A DNA stretch of 64,000 nucleotides from Macrostomum lignano (GCA_002269645.1 NIVC01000051.1:558001-622000); one strand, 5' to 3'; positions 13,401-26,620 are shown, numbered from the stretch's first letter. Notes: generated by a model from the letters alone, not told the origin. Made by a program: numbers and translations.

Positions 13401-16400
13401 TGAAGGAGCGATACAGACGCATGGAAGCAGTTCGCAGCATCTCAGCTGACAGGTGGAACACGCCCATCTCTCTGGCGCGCAGCATGCCATCCAGCTCGGC
13501 TTCCAGCTCTTTGTACCGCTGCTTGTACAGCTGGTTCCTTTCGGCAACCTCCGGACTGACCTCTTTCAGCGGAACGTTCCAGCGAAGCAGCGATACAAGG
13601 ACCGCGCGGTCCGGTAGTCCCTGGAATCCTTGCAGGCCCAGGGTCTTCGTCAGTATGTTCAAAGCGCGTTTGGCATTGTTCTCCTCGAGCAAGCGACCTT
13701 TTGAGAAGTTTTTACGCAGAGACTCGTCGTCATCGTCTTCGTAGAAGTTCTCGGACTCGTCGGAGTCATCGTCGTCGGAGTCGGAGCCGGGCTCAGCTTC
13801 GTCGCGTTTCAACGCCTCCGGATTGAAGTCGATCTTGTTGATCACGTACAGGATGTTCAGATTGGTGCACTGATTCTTCAGGCGGAGGAGGAACTCGCGA
13901 ACCTGGAGGACGATTTAAAATTTGGGGAAATGGGTAAGCTTACGCCGGATGTTAAATATGCTCAAACAATGCAAGCTTCACGTATTTCCGTGCGCCATCT
14001 TTTTTCGAAATAAATATCATGAACACAGAATCTGAACTTTCCCATTTCCGTTGGACTTTTTCCTAGTCGAATCTTATTCTTTTGAGACTTGACTGTATGA
14101 GAATACCGACTTAAAGGAGCAGAGCAGCTCAGTCAAACGCGTCTGACTCTCGGTGTACACCGCGATGCACAGCCATGAGGGCCTAACCCCACAGCACAGA
14201 GAGTGTACATGTCAGACGATTAGAAAGCCGTGTCTGTTTTACACACTGTGTAAGGATATTTTGTAAGGATATCACATCCTAGTTATTGTTTATATCATAC
14301 AGCATCGTTTAAAGGATCGTTATTTTTTGCAAGCGTCACCAGTCAAAATACAATGATGATTGCATCTTCAATAAAAAATCTAACAAGGTCAGTGCTTTGC
14401 ATACAAATTCAATAATTCAGACTAAATCACGGAATAAAGTGACGAGACTCTTTACTCTTCACAGTTTGTTTAGCCACGGTTGTGTTACTGATCGCTACCG
14501 TAATGTGTTTGACATGGATAGACCAAGAGATCCAGGGTGCGGTCTCCCCCCATCACCGAACTCCGACTTTGCGTACCATCTGAGAAATGCCGTTCATTCC
14601 ATCCAGCATGAACACCAGAGTCTGGTAGAGCGATTGCTCCTGCTGATTGAGAATAGACAGCAGGAAGTCCTCTCGCAGGCATTCCGGCACCTCCATGATT
14701 GAAAAGCCGCTCTGCAACAGCGGGCAGTCAACGCCGATCTCGAGCCAGCAGTTCTCCTTCAGCGACGACCATTCCTGTCGTTCCTCTTCGTTCATGCGGT
14801 CGTGTATGAAGCCTCGGACAAGATTGGCCAGCTCTGGACAGCCTCTCGCGTTGTTGTTGCTCCCGTTGTCGCTGCTCGAGTCCGAGTTCAAATTGAGTCC
14901 CCGGTAGCTGACGTAAAACCTGCGTGAAGTGTCACGTGGTTACGAATCTGACTAGAAGAGCAGACTCTTGATATTAATTAGGAACTCAACTCTACATGCT
15001 TAATTACTTTGCGATCATCTTTTGTAATCATTTGTCTTTGAGATCAGTCAAAGTTTTCACAGTACTATTAACGAAAAATAGTTCACCTCTGAGAGTAGAC
15101 AATCCTGATGACGCCCTTGTCCTCCTGGCCGAAACGGACTGGCAAAACTCGTCGGCCCATTAGGCTGTTAATTAGAGTCGACTTGCCGCTCGTTGGAGCG
15201 CCGCAGACCATCAGCACCTGAGGAGTGGGGGTGTCAGATGAGCTAAAACATTTCGAGATTGGGGATTGCGAGTTGCCAGAGGTACCAGGCGCCAGCACCA
15301 GAGGCGCCAGCACCAGAGGCGCCAGCACCAGAGGCGCCAGCACCAGAGGCGCCAGCACCAGAGGCGCCAGCACCAGAGGCGCCAGCACCAGAGGCGCCAG
15401 CACCAGAGGCGCCAGCACCAGAGGCGCCAGCACCAGAGGCGCCAGCACCAGAGGCGCCAGCACCAGAGGCGCCAGCACCAGAGGCGCCAGCACCAGAGGC
15501 GCCAGCACCAGAGGCGCCAGCACCAGAGGCGCCAGCACCAGATGCGCCAGCACCAGAGGCGCCAGCACCAGAGGCGCCAGCACCAGAGGCGCCAGCACCA
15601 GAGGCGCCAGCACCAGAGGCGCCAGCACCAGAGGCGCCAGCACCAGAGGCGCCAGCACCAGAGGCGCCAGCACCAGAGGCGCCAGCACCAGAGGCGCCAG
15701 CACCAGAGGCGCCAGCACCAGAGGCGCCAGCACCAGAGGCGCCAGCACCAGAGGCACCAGCACCAGAAGCGCCAGCAGGCTAGAGGCTAGTTGATGTGCT
15801 GACGAAATGTAGCAAATAAAAAAGCCAACCTGCCAACCCACCGGTTTCGCGTGGCAGCCAAAGCTTGCCGTGATTCCCGCACTCTCCGGTTTCGTTATCC
15901 AGCCGTTGAAGCTCGCCGCCGCCCCGCTGGACGCCGCCGCCGAAGCGGCATCTCTGCCGCCACTGCCGCCGCTGGAGGCCGGACCGCCCACCAGGCGCTG
16001 CACACCGTCAGCGGTGCTCTGCAGCCGGCGATACGCCCGCATGGTCAGCAGGCGCCAGTTGTGCGCCTCGAATCGGTGCCGATCGAACTGGCGCAGATGG
16101 GGCGAGCAGCTGATTGGCCGCATCCGCTGCAGCCTGTCGCCAAGGCTCGAGCAGCTGCTGCCGCAGTCGAATTCATCTGCGAATTGTGGCGTTCGAAGTT
16201 TTTAATTAACAGTGAAAAGTTAGTTAATCTCCATAAACGCTAACTGACGAGCTTAGAAACGGATTGCTTATCTATCCTTGTTTAAGTCAGGAAGTACATT
16301 GAATAGATAGACAAAGGGATTGGTAATCTATCTAACGGTGATTCAGGAAATAGTACAGATGGATTGCTAATCTATCCAACTGTGATTCAGGGAATAGTAC

Positions 16401-16637
16401 AGATGGATTGCTAGAAATCTAGGAAGTCTAATACTTGAAGACAAATTGCCTGCTTTTACGTGTATCCTAAGTCATTTACATATACTGTAACAACTCACCG
16501 TCATCTGAGTGCTCGGAGCCCTGCTCAAAGTCGCAATACGCCGGCTGATCCCTGTGCATGGTCTGCATCGGTCGGGACTCGAACCCTTCGTTAAGCTGAC
16601 TGCGTCGATAGGAAACTTCCGCATCCTGTTGCATCAT
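7491..16637 (-). CDS. Module A: dynamin/mitofusin-like P-loop domain, helical region and pseudokinase (DSTYK-like layout)
   Basis: Exons 16637-16499, 16176-~15841, ~15243-15087, ~14923-14575, ~13903-13078, ~12292-11724, ~10593-10464, ~10295-9862, ~9440-9343 and ~7886-7491, mostly phase-checked. G1 VCGAPTSGKSTLINSLMG and G4 INKID are present. The C-terminal kinase-like segment lacks HRD and DFG. Confidence 0.6.
8031..9100 (+). mobile_element. tRNA-headed SINE, copy 3, split by an ~0.8-kb insertion
   Basis: The head and core at 8031-8175 continue as ATTAGCTGGGGTAATTG at ~8999, matching the reverse complement of SINE copies 1 and 2. Confidence 0.65.
8176..8983. mobile_element. Putative MITE-like insertion inside the SINE
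   Basis: Interrupts the SINE. Begins TAGGG, ends CCTA, and both ends are dense in ATCCCG/CGGGAT subterminal motifs. The TSD is not clean. Confidence 0.4.
12380..12850 (+). mobile_element. 5'-truncated non-LTR retrotransposon 3' end (zinc knuckle plus UTR), intronic
   Basis: Frameshifted HRYLQG...FCLSGVENAEHYFICECP...RHRLTHLDPNPDLSEVFRSDNICQLARYLRATGR* resembles the CCHC C-terminus of LINE ORF2. Confidence 0.55.
15286..15777. repeat. 15-bp minisatellite (GAGGCGCCAGCACCA), ~33 copies, intronic
   Basis: Near-perfect array lying between the donor at ~15840 and the acceptor at ~15244. Confidence 0.95.
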
Positions 16638-17346
16638 GTGTTGTCGCGCAGTTTTGCAGTATTTATTAACAGTACTTTATTGGTGCTTAGTGAAGTTTCA
16701 ACTGCATGGCAAACTTCATTGTGGTCGACTAAGCTATGTAAAGCTGTCTATCTGCGGCTGTTATAAGCAATGAGAGTTCACATGTTAGCCATGTTAAGCA
16801 GCCATATACGCGGTATCAAAGTTAACTATCAGGTTTAAAACGCAGAGTGGCAAGGGTTGGCATTATGGGCATCAAACTGATGAAGATTGTTTATTTTGCT
16901 AAATAGCTAACTACGAGCGTGTAAACTTATACGAAATGGTTCGATTTCAAAGGTTAGAAATCTGTATCTCTGCACCCCGTGCGGCACTGTGCATCCCTAT
17001 CCCAGAGTACATTAAAGCTACATGTATGTGCGTGTCTGTGCGTGTCTGTACATGCAAATTCAACTACATGCTATAGCATTCAAGCTAGCATTTTCATTGG
17101 TATAATTTAAGCCGCACAGATTTGTATACAACTAATGCGGCTGCCTGCCTGCTGCACAAGTCTGAAATATACTGAGAAACTGTCAAAATTTACCCATGCT
17201 ATAGCTTCCATCTTCAAAACTGACTAATGTAAAATGTGAGAGAAGGCACGGTTTAGACAATAAGCGACAGTAGATCATTTAGAATGGGGATTAATTACGA
17301 GCTAATCCGAAAAGGAAAGGATAAATGTAGTAGAGCTTTACAGCAC

Positions 17347-17730
17347 ATTTGTGTCAAACATTGACAGCGCATTTGTGTCAAACATTGACAGGGCATTTGT
17401 GTCAAACATTGACAGCGCATTTGTGTCAAATATTGACAGCGTATTTCTGTCAAATATTGACAGCGCATTCGTGACAAACATTGCAAGAATGTGTCAAACA
17501 TTGACAGCACATTTGTGTCAAACATTGACAACGCATTTATGTCAAACATTGACAGCACATTTGTGTCAAGCATTGACAACGCATTTATGTCAAACATTGA
17601 CAGCACATTTGTGTCAAGCATTGACAACGCATTTATGTCAAACATTGACAGCAAATATGTCAAACATTGACAGCAAATATTTCAAACATTGACAGCAAAT
17701 ATGTTAAACATTGACAGCATATTTGTGTCA
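17347..17730. repeat. 24-bp minisatellite (TGTGTCAAACATTGACAGCACATT)
   Basis: Tandem units, reflected as 8-aa periodicity in the overlapping spurious ORFs. Confidence 0.9.
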
Positions 17731-19428
17731 AAGACTGATTTCAAAAATTTAATTAAAATAAAATTCAATAACAACAACGACTCTGTTATTTTTTGAGCAC
17801 ATGATAACAAATTCAGCTATGAGTACATGAATACGACGTCCTTTTATAGCAGGTAGATTCAACTACCTGTTAACTTATATTTTTGTGCGTGTAATCATTG
17901 GTTTCCTATCCATGGCATAACGAGCTGCTGTCCATAGTAGTGGCTTTGACACATGCGATATGAGACATGGGGCCAACTTAAAGAGGAAAATGCACAACAT
18001 ATCGAGTGATTCTGTTATGACAGCAATATTGACTGGGTTAGCTGGGACAGCAAGCGTGTGGCAACTAAATATATAGCATAATAGGCCCTGCTTATTTGAT
18101 TTCAATTTCGCTTATATGTAGTAGTACTAATAGTACTAAAATACCAATCCAATTGTAATGCTATATTTATACAGAATTGATTTTGGCAATAAATTGACAA
18201 GCTGTAGGTTGCAACAGTGTATAGTTGAACATATTAAGTAATAGAATAGACAGAGACACAGTTGTTAGACAGATACACACCTTGGGCCGAAGATTCAAAT
18301 TTAATTAAACAATATTGCAGATTGGATAGTCGCATGAATTTTTTCTCGTATTGCTAACAATAATAGACACTTATATTAGGCAAATCCCATGCAAATGTAG
18401 GCCAAAGGAGATTGATATTATATGACAGCCTAAGAACCCAGGTGAATGAACAAGGAATTGAACCACTGACTAACAATAAGACATACAGGTAGAACGTTTA
18501 GAAAAAAACTTTTTTGACTTATAAAACACTAACGCCAAAAGCAGTTTAGAAGAAAAATGGAAACCCAAGTTTTACCAAGAATTTGCGTATGCACCCTACT
18601 GTAAGTAGAATTGTGAGAAATCAACTTGAATAGCGTAGGAACAAAGCATAGGAGCGATCCGAAATAACCAAAAATCACGTTAAGAAAACAGCAGAAATTT
18701 GATAAGCAATCAAAAAGGCATGTATGTATCTCTGCGCGAGGTTCTACTTATAACAGTACACACATAGCAACATAGAGCTCAATTCTTACCGCAGATACTA
18801 CTTAACAACTAGATAAGATCGCAAGCAATATGTGCGTATTATTCAACTGTACTACTTTCTAATAAGTAGCGTGATCTCTCACTCTCTTGATTTCCGACCC
18901 GAGGCTACACACCCTTTCTGTCGCCACTTTTCTGCCCCTATTTTTATCAGTTTATCAGTTCTAGGGGCTAAGCAATGTACATTGCCAGCTGACGAGTGGG
19001 TGATAAAACCACTCCCCACCTAATTTTATTTTACTAGGTCTGGAATGTACATATCTACATTATTTCCTTCGATAAACAAGTGTACATTTCCTTCGCCCCT
19101 GGTAGCCTGATATCGACCCAAATATTTTCTCTAACCTTCTCTACCGTCCATTCTATTGCGCCAGTTTGACAGTCCTGGGGTTGACTATCTGCCCAGCCAA
19201 ATAAATGTACATTTCTATTGCCCTGAGTTTAACGTCTTTAAATATCTAACAATTATATCATAGAAAAATACTAATTAAAAACTTGCTACTGAATAGTGAG
19301 TAGTAACAGTTGTTTTCTCGCAAAGGGAATTAGCGTTCCAATCAATCTAGTCATTATAACTTAGTATCTGGTGCCTCTCACCAAACCGGACAAGAAGTGA
19401 TTACGACAATTAAATTTACTTAGAGTTA

Positions 19429-19568
19429 TTAATTAAAGTGAAACCGAAACTGGAAACCGCTGCCCTGGAAAAACTGATTAAAATGTTGAAAGCCCGGCCC
19501 GCCGCCGCCGCCCTGCTGTTGCTCCGGGTCCAGGGGATCGTGACCTGAGTCGTATTGCTTGCGCTTCT
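19429..19568 (-). CDS. DNAJC3: Alternative terminal exon (4b) of DNAJC3
   Basis: The acceptor CTGCAG|AG has the same phase as exon 4a. It encodes (E)KRKQYDSGHDPLDPEQQQGGGGGPGFQHFNQFFQGSGFQFRFHFN*, which is paralogous to exon 4a and ends in FHFN like vertebrate DNAJC3. Missing from the ORF track. Confidence 0.75.
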
Positions 19569-20925
19569 CTGCAGGTGGAAGGATTCGGGATGTGCATGCC
19601 ATTTATTTCATGTCATATATCAGATATCGAATCTGACCTGACACAAATGACATCATATCTGACATGTTGGTTCACTATGCACATTTTAATGAATGCAGCT
19701 ATCGTATTTCGATTTCAAGTGCACACAGAGCAGAAATTCAGAAAACATTTCAATTGAATTAGTTTAAAAACCTCCGATAAAAAAGCTTCAACCGATCACA
19801 GAAAAAAATCCTGGTAGAAGAAAACAAATACCACGAAATATTCGCCAACTTCGTGCGGCAATAAAAAAATGAAATCGCCAATCCGCTCAGCTCACCACTA
19901 AAGTAATGCAACAACTCAACAAGCAAATACTGCTTTCTATTAATGGAAATCCGTATTGATAATGTCGTTAAACACGCAAAACATCCACAGACATCCAGAA
20001 CATGCGCGGAAAGTTAAATCAACGCTTATGTAAAATCAAACGTTGAAAACCTAATCTAAGGTTAATTTAAATTCCCGCAAGCAACGTAAAATTTGAATTA
20101 GCGCTAAAAGTGCTTTTTTCGAACAAATATGTAGTTTTAAATTTCACAAGTATTTAGAGTAAACAAAACCGCTTAATCAGTTACTTGGCGTATCATTTTT
20201 TCATTTACCCCAAATATTTTTTCAATAAATTAGACTTTCAAAGACATAATTTGAAATTTGGCGCCTATTCAAATTCTCCTAATAATCTTGCAAAGTTGCA
20301 AAACATCTGAGCAGCGTCTTATTATTTCCAAATGAAATGTTAGTACTTTTAGGTGTTTAGGCATAAGATATAATGACACAATAAGAAAATTAGCAACCAG
20401 TTTTTTTAATCTCCTGCAATCTTTGATTCGGGCAACTTTTTTCTTGTAAATTATCTTGCATCGTATTATTAAATCCTTCAGATTTTTAATATAATAAACG
20501 ATAAGCTGATTTATCTAATTTTTCTAGCCAATAACTAAAGCTGTAAAAAAGCTTCAATCAATTCCTAAATTAATCATGCGGTTAAAAACACGGTTTTAGA
20601 TAAAATTAATATAAAATAGCAATTTAGAAAATGCGGTTAGGGAAGCCAGAGAGGGTCTGTGTGATTATTATTAATTTGAATGAAGAACACATACGACTCG
20701 TACATGCAAGACAAACAAAGGCTGACGGTGGCGGCGGCAGCAGCAGTGGCGGCGGTGGCGGCGTGTCTTTGATGTTTTCATATTGATAATCCTTACAGCC
20801 TAATTAAATCAACTTATGGACGGTTCCAGCGCTCTTTGGAAATCTTAATAAACTAATTCTAAATCTTAATTATTTTTAAGTTAAAAATAACGGCACTATA
20901 TATGAATATGAATAAGATTCTCTCT

Positions 20926-23900
20926 CTAGCCAAAGAAGAACTCAAAGTGGCCGCCATTGCCCTGCTGGTGGTGCTCAAACGGATCGAAATGATGAAAGGT
21001 GAAGCCGCCGCCGCCAAACGAATTGAAGCCCTCGTGCTGCTGCTCTGGGTCCAAGGGATCTTGGCCGTTGTCAAACTTTGCTCGCTTCTCTGAACATGGC
21101 GGGTGGATGATTGGGTAGGGGAGGCAGTGAGCGGAGAGAGAGTTCGACAATGAGGAGAGCTCAACTTCTATTGACTGAACTATGAGGAATTTAGAGATTA
21201 ACTAAAAATTTGATTGAAAATATTAACAAGTGAAACTTTTGTGAATTACTCTACTGACTAAGTAGTTTAATTGTAAATATTACCGTTTCCAAGAATTTTT
21301 TTAATTTGATGGTAAACATTCCATATAATCTTTGCATTGTCAGTAATTTTACAGAAATTTTAATTTAGACAACTTTATATAAACTATACTTATTTCAGAA
21401 GTTCAAGGAATATTTAGCAGCATTTTGAATTGTTATAAACATATATGGTAAACTCACTAATTATATTTTTAACGCATTTCAGATGGTCAGTGATGATGCA
21501 AAAGTGAAACTGAGAATTATACGAGACGAATTTCAAGCCGGGATCAAGAAGTACAAAATCTACAAATTAGATAGCTTAGATGTACGTAACATAACACCTC
21601 AATGCCTAGAAGAAGCGATCCAGAATTCCAAGCAACTACTAAAAAAGCACAACATAAAAATAAATAAATTCAATTCTTATTATAGACAAACTAAATATGC
21701 AGCTGCGATATGCTTTTTTAAACCTTTTACCAAAATAGCGACGTAATATTATAGATCGATCGCACAACAAAACCTTGCATACATGAAAAAACTAAGAAAT
21801 TGTAAGTTGAAAGATATTTGGATTTAATTTATGTTGTCATTGTCACTACAATTTGAGCAAGCATAATTGGTATAGCAAGTAGGGAAATGCAAACGCAAGT
21901 CACGTCAATTAATAACATCATCTACTAAAACTTGGCAGATACAAAGTTGCATTTCTCAGTTGAGTTTCATGAAATATATGAATTTATCTTAGCTAACTGC
22001 ACTCTGCATACTGTGTTTATCATCAATTAGTTAAAGGTTGAAAAAATTGTTGAAAGAGTACGAGATTTACGATTTTACAATAACTTTATAAAAATATAAT
22101 TACGGCTAATGCGGATTGCTTTGAATAAGACAACATTGTCAATTTGAATTCAGACAACATTTTCGCTTTGGGTATAGATAAAATTGTCAATTCGAGTTAT
22201 ATAACATTGTAAATATCAGTTTGAAAACATTGTCACCTTGAGCTAAACAACATTTTAACCTTGAGCTGAAGTGACAACATTGTCACTTTGAGTTAGATAG
22301 CATTGTCACTCTGAGTTAGATAGCATTGTCACTTTGAGTTAGACAACATTGTCACTTTGAGTTAGATAGCATTGTCACTCTGAGTTAGATAGCATTGTCA
22401 CTTTGAGTTAGACAACATTGTCACTTTGAGTTAGATAGCATTGTCACTTTGAGTTAGACAACATTGTCACTTTGAGTTAGACAACATTGTCACTCTGAGT
22501 TAGACAACATTGTCACTTTGAGTTAGACAACATTGTCACTTTGAGTTAGACAACATTGTCACTCTGAGTTAGACAACATTGTCACTTTGAGTTAGACAAC
22601 ATTGTCACTTTGAGTTAGACAACATTGTCACTCTGAGTTAGACAACATTGTCACTCCGAGTTAGATAGCATTGTCACTCTGAGTTAGACAACATTGTCCA
22701 CTCCGAGTTAGATAGCATTGTCACTCTGAGTTAGACAACATTGTCCACTCCGAGTTAGACAACATTGTCCACTCCGAGTTAGATAGCATTGTCACTCTGA
22801 GTTAGACAAAACTGTCACCTTGAGTTAGTTGACATTGCCACATTAACAAATGACTCATGCAATTTTATTTTAACAAAAAATCACGACAATGAACACAATT
22901 CAAAACCATATAATAGTAGGATAAAACTGACATTTATATAACAAAAGCTACTCACCCTCATCGGTGAGCACCTCCTTGGCGTCTGAGATGTCAATAAACT
23001 TCCTCTGGGCACTTGCTTTATCGTTGCCCTTGTAGTGATCTGGGTGGTACTGAGCAGCCAGCTTCCGATATGCCTTGAGTATCTCTCGTTTCCTAGCCGA
23101 TCTGGGCACGCCAAGAATCTGATAATAATTTCGTCTGCGCGACGATTTCAACTTTTTCTGCGCATCAGCAATGCCCTCCTTGGCGCGCTGATTGTTCTTG
23201 TCAGTCTCTAGCACCTTCTGGTAGTCGGCAATGGCCTCGTTGAACATGTCCTGATGCTTGTAGGCCTCGGCGCGATTGCACAGAGCATCGGCGTTGCCGG
23301 GCTCCGCTTCCAGGACTCGAGAGCAGACGTCCACAGCTGCCGAGTCGCCATTCTTTGCGCCGCACATGCACTGGTAGGAGTCCATCTGGCGAGTTAAGCC
23401 TGCCGATTTTTGCTTGATAGTTTTTGTCAATTTTTCCAACAACTGCAGGCAGATGTCCCATTGTTTTTCTTCTGATGATTTCACTACGGCATCGAACGCT
23501 TTGGCTACCTTTTTGACCTGTTTATAGTGCTTGAAGCAGTCTTTGTGATCGGGGTCGAGTTTGAGGCATTCGCGAACTTCGTTCAGAGATTGCTCGGGAT
23601 CGCCCAGGCGATAGAACAGGTGGCTGACCCGCAGGTGACCGGCGGTGTTGTCAGTGGTTAAGCGGTTGATTGCTCGCAGATCTGAGGCCGCCTGTGTCAT
23701 TGTTATTTATCAATGTATTGTTAAAAGTGTTGTTATCCGCAACCCAATTCCGTACTTTAAAGATGCCGCAATATCCTACGTACTTTAAAGATGCTGCAAA
23801 CTCCTGTGTACTTTAAAGATGCCGCAACCCTCTTCCGTACTTTTAAAGACGCCGCAACCCTCTTCCGTACTTTAAAGACGCCGCAACCCCCTTCCGTACT

Positions 23901-25869
23901 TTAAAGACGCCGCAACCCTCTTACGTACTTTAAAGACGCTGCAACCCTCTTCCGTACTTTAAAGACGCCGCAACCCTCTTCCGTACTTTAAAGACGCCGC
24001 AACCCTCTTCCGTACTTTTAAAGACGCCGCAACCCTCTTTCGTACTTTAAAGACGCCACAACCCCCTTCCGTACTTTAAAGACGCCGCAACCATCTTCCG
24101 TACTTTAAAGACGCCGCAACCATCTTCCGTACTTTAAAGACGCCGCAACCCCCTTCCGTACTTTTAAAGACGCCGCAACCCTCTTTCGTACTTTAAAGAC
24201 GCCACAACCCCCTTCCGTACTTTAAAGACGCCGCAACCATCTTCCGTACTTTAAAGACGCCGCAACCATCTTCCGTACTTTAAAGACGCCGCAACCCCCT
24301 TCCGTACTTTTAAAGACGCCGCAACCCTCTTTCGTACTTTAAAGACGCCACAACCCCCTTCCGTACTTTAAAGACGCCGCAACCATCTTCCGTACTTGTA
24401 AAGACGCCGCAACCCTCTTCCATACTTGTAAAGACGCCGCAATACTTCTTACCTTAAAGCCTTCTCCAATAGCTTCGTAGGCATCGGCACGCAGAGCTCT
24501 CAGATCGGCGTCCATCGGACTAATCTCCAAAGCTCTAGTCAGGAAATCGATAGCATCGGTGTATTGACCATTCTCAGCCAAGTTGCGAGCATTCTCAGCG
24601 AACTCAGCTAGCGGGGTCAACTGTTCGATCTGTTTGGCAGCCTCCGCATTGCTTGGATCCAATTCTAACACGCGCCTTAGATCGGCTTTCGCGTCGCTTA
24701 GTTGGCCAGTTTTCAAATAAATGCCGCCACGCTGCAGATAGGCGGTGGCAAAGTCCGGTTTGAGCTCGATGACTTTGTCTAAGTCTGGCAGAGCTGGCTT
24801 GGACTTGCCGATAGCCATGTAGACTGTGGCTCGGCGGAAATAGCTCTGATAGTTAGTTGGGTCCAGCTCGATGGCGGCATGATAGTGAGACAAGGCGTCT
24901 GCTAGCTGGCCAGCTGCTAAAAGCTTTTTGCCCAGCTCCAGGTGTTTGTCAATTTCTGCTTGACTGCTGGCCAGAACAGAGTCTAAAATTGAAGGAGAAA
25001 ATAAGGTTAAAACAATGAAATTAGCAACTGAAAATGAATCTACTGAATTGACACTAAAATATCAAAAAAAATTTGTACTTAAAAAGCTGTTAATGAAAAT
25101 TTTAAAATCTTGTTAAAGCCTAATAGAATATAAACCTATTTTACTTATTCTATTAAATGTTATATGCTAAACAAATAGAAGGCAAACTATTGATATTATT
25201 GCTAAATTATTAAATAGTATAATAATTTAAGCAAATATTTTGCTTATAAGAATATACATTACTGGGCCCTAAATTGCATGCCTAGTATAGAATTTTATTT
25301 TAGACTACTAAACTAAATTAGCAATCAAATATTGAAAAGTTAAGCTTTACTAATTGTCATTATTTATAGAATTGTATTGGAATGATTCAACTAATAATTA
25401 GAATTTTAAATTAAAAAACAATATGTAAATCAATGTACAATAAGGGCAAGGCATTATGTATTTTTTATTTTATGTCACCATGATGTAGCAAATAAGGTTT
25501 AATAGATATTAGCTTTGGAGTTGCCTACATTTAAATAAATTTATAGCTTTGTCACTGAATGAAAAACAAACCTAAAGCACAAACAAGACAATTAAAACCA
25601 GGCAAGTGGTAGGGCAGGGGCCTTTGTTTTGGGCTTAATCGTTTGTTCTGACTAAAATGCCATATGCCTAGCAGTTATTAGTTATAGGTAACTAACTACT
25701 AAACAAAAAATATTTTAGCTTTCTATTTACTGAAGGAAAAATACTGAAAAGGACACTGAAAAAAGCAAAATTCAGCTAAGTGAATCTTAAAATTATGCTG
25801 ACCGATTAAGTAGATAACAATAACATAAAGGCAAAAAGAAGAGTTAAAAAGCTCATACCCGAAATCCAT
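20926..25869 (-). CDS. DNAJC3: DnaJ homolog subfamily C member 3 (P58IPK): signal peptide, TPR repeats and J domain
   Basis: Exons 25869-25803, 24982-24453, 23691-22956 and 21089-20926 are phase-consistent. Motifs: KHLELGKKLLAAGQLADALSHYHAA, RRATVYMAIGKSKPALPDL, NEVRECLKLDPDHK and J-domain RNYYQILGV...HPD. Confidence 0.95.
22255..22815. repeat. 23-bp minisatellite (CATTGTCACTTTGAGTTAGACAA) in DNAJC3 intron 3
   Basis: Tandem array with GACAA/GATAG variants. Confidence 0.92.
23740..24445. repeat. 29-30-bp minisatellite (GACGCCGCAACCCTCTTCCGTACTTTAAA) filling DNAJC3 intron 2
   Basis: Tandem array between the donor at 24452 and the acceptor at 23692. Confidence 0.92.
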
Positions 25870-26620
25870 ATGTCAAACAATGCGATAATAATGTAGATTT
25901 CGCGGTATATTCTTGTCGTTCTCGAAAGAAAGCGCATGCTAATATGCGTAAAAGGGGCTAAGCATATATAGACAATGATTTAAAGCACAGAAAAATATTG
26001 TAGTTAATGAATCAAAGTCAACGTTTCTCCACTTTATTCACTATTTCGCAGAATTGGATTACGTATGCAAAGTTAAAAGCGTGCTTCGGTATGGTCAACG
26101 CTGATTGGTTGCTACAGATTTGTCAAAAGCGTAAATTACGGACTATAAATACATGTGCATAGCTTTTCAAATTAAAGGTTTTTTGCAAGATACGGAGTTT
26201 ATTTCAAAATCTGATGCATTGTGTACTCATGGACCACTAGAAGTTACCGTTGTATTCGGACGTAGCTCGTTCAAGGATTGCAATGCTAGTCTTTCTCAAA
26301 ATGACCTTCAAATTTAATTTGCGTAGAGCACTACTAATTTTTGGTTGATGATTAAGTTAGGATCGAAGCTATACAAATAAACCTGTGCGAATTTCACTGG
26401 AGTCTAGTTTTGCTGCAATCGATCAAAATTATTCATGTACACACTCTAGCTGTTGTAATCATGCATGATTTTTAATATGATTAACAAATGATTTACATTA
26501 CTTTAGCTCTGAACTTCAATTAATTGATCGAAAGGATTTTATCTGTGCGATGTACCTAGATTTATATAGTTTTAAACGTCAGTCCTTTAACTAATTCATT
26601 CTCCAGACTGCAGTTAACTG

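Noticed and set aside
15083-15794. Long repetitive ORFs (APEAP, RQHQR, VLAPL) over the 15-bp array
   Set aside because: They arise from a stop-free 15-bp unit; splice sites on both sides place the array in an intron.
16240-16265. Hammerhead-like CTGACGA...GAAAC
   Set aside because: No stem II pairing and no flanking stems or cleavage triplet found.
21483-21746. 87-aa plus-strand ORF nested in DNAJC3 intron 3
   Set aside because: AT-rich, no recognisable motif, and I could not build a phase-consistent exon chain.
26050-26110. ER-stress elements upstream of DNAJC3 (ATTGG-A-TTACG; CCAAT-N9-CCATA)
   Set aside because: Both deviate from the ERSE/ERSE-II consensus at key bases; plausible for this gene but not supportable from sequence alone.
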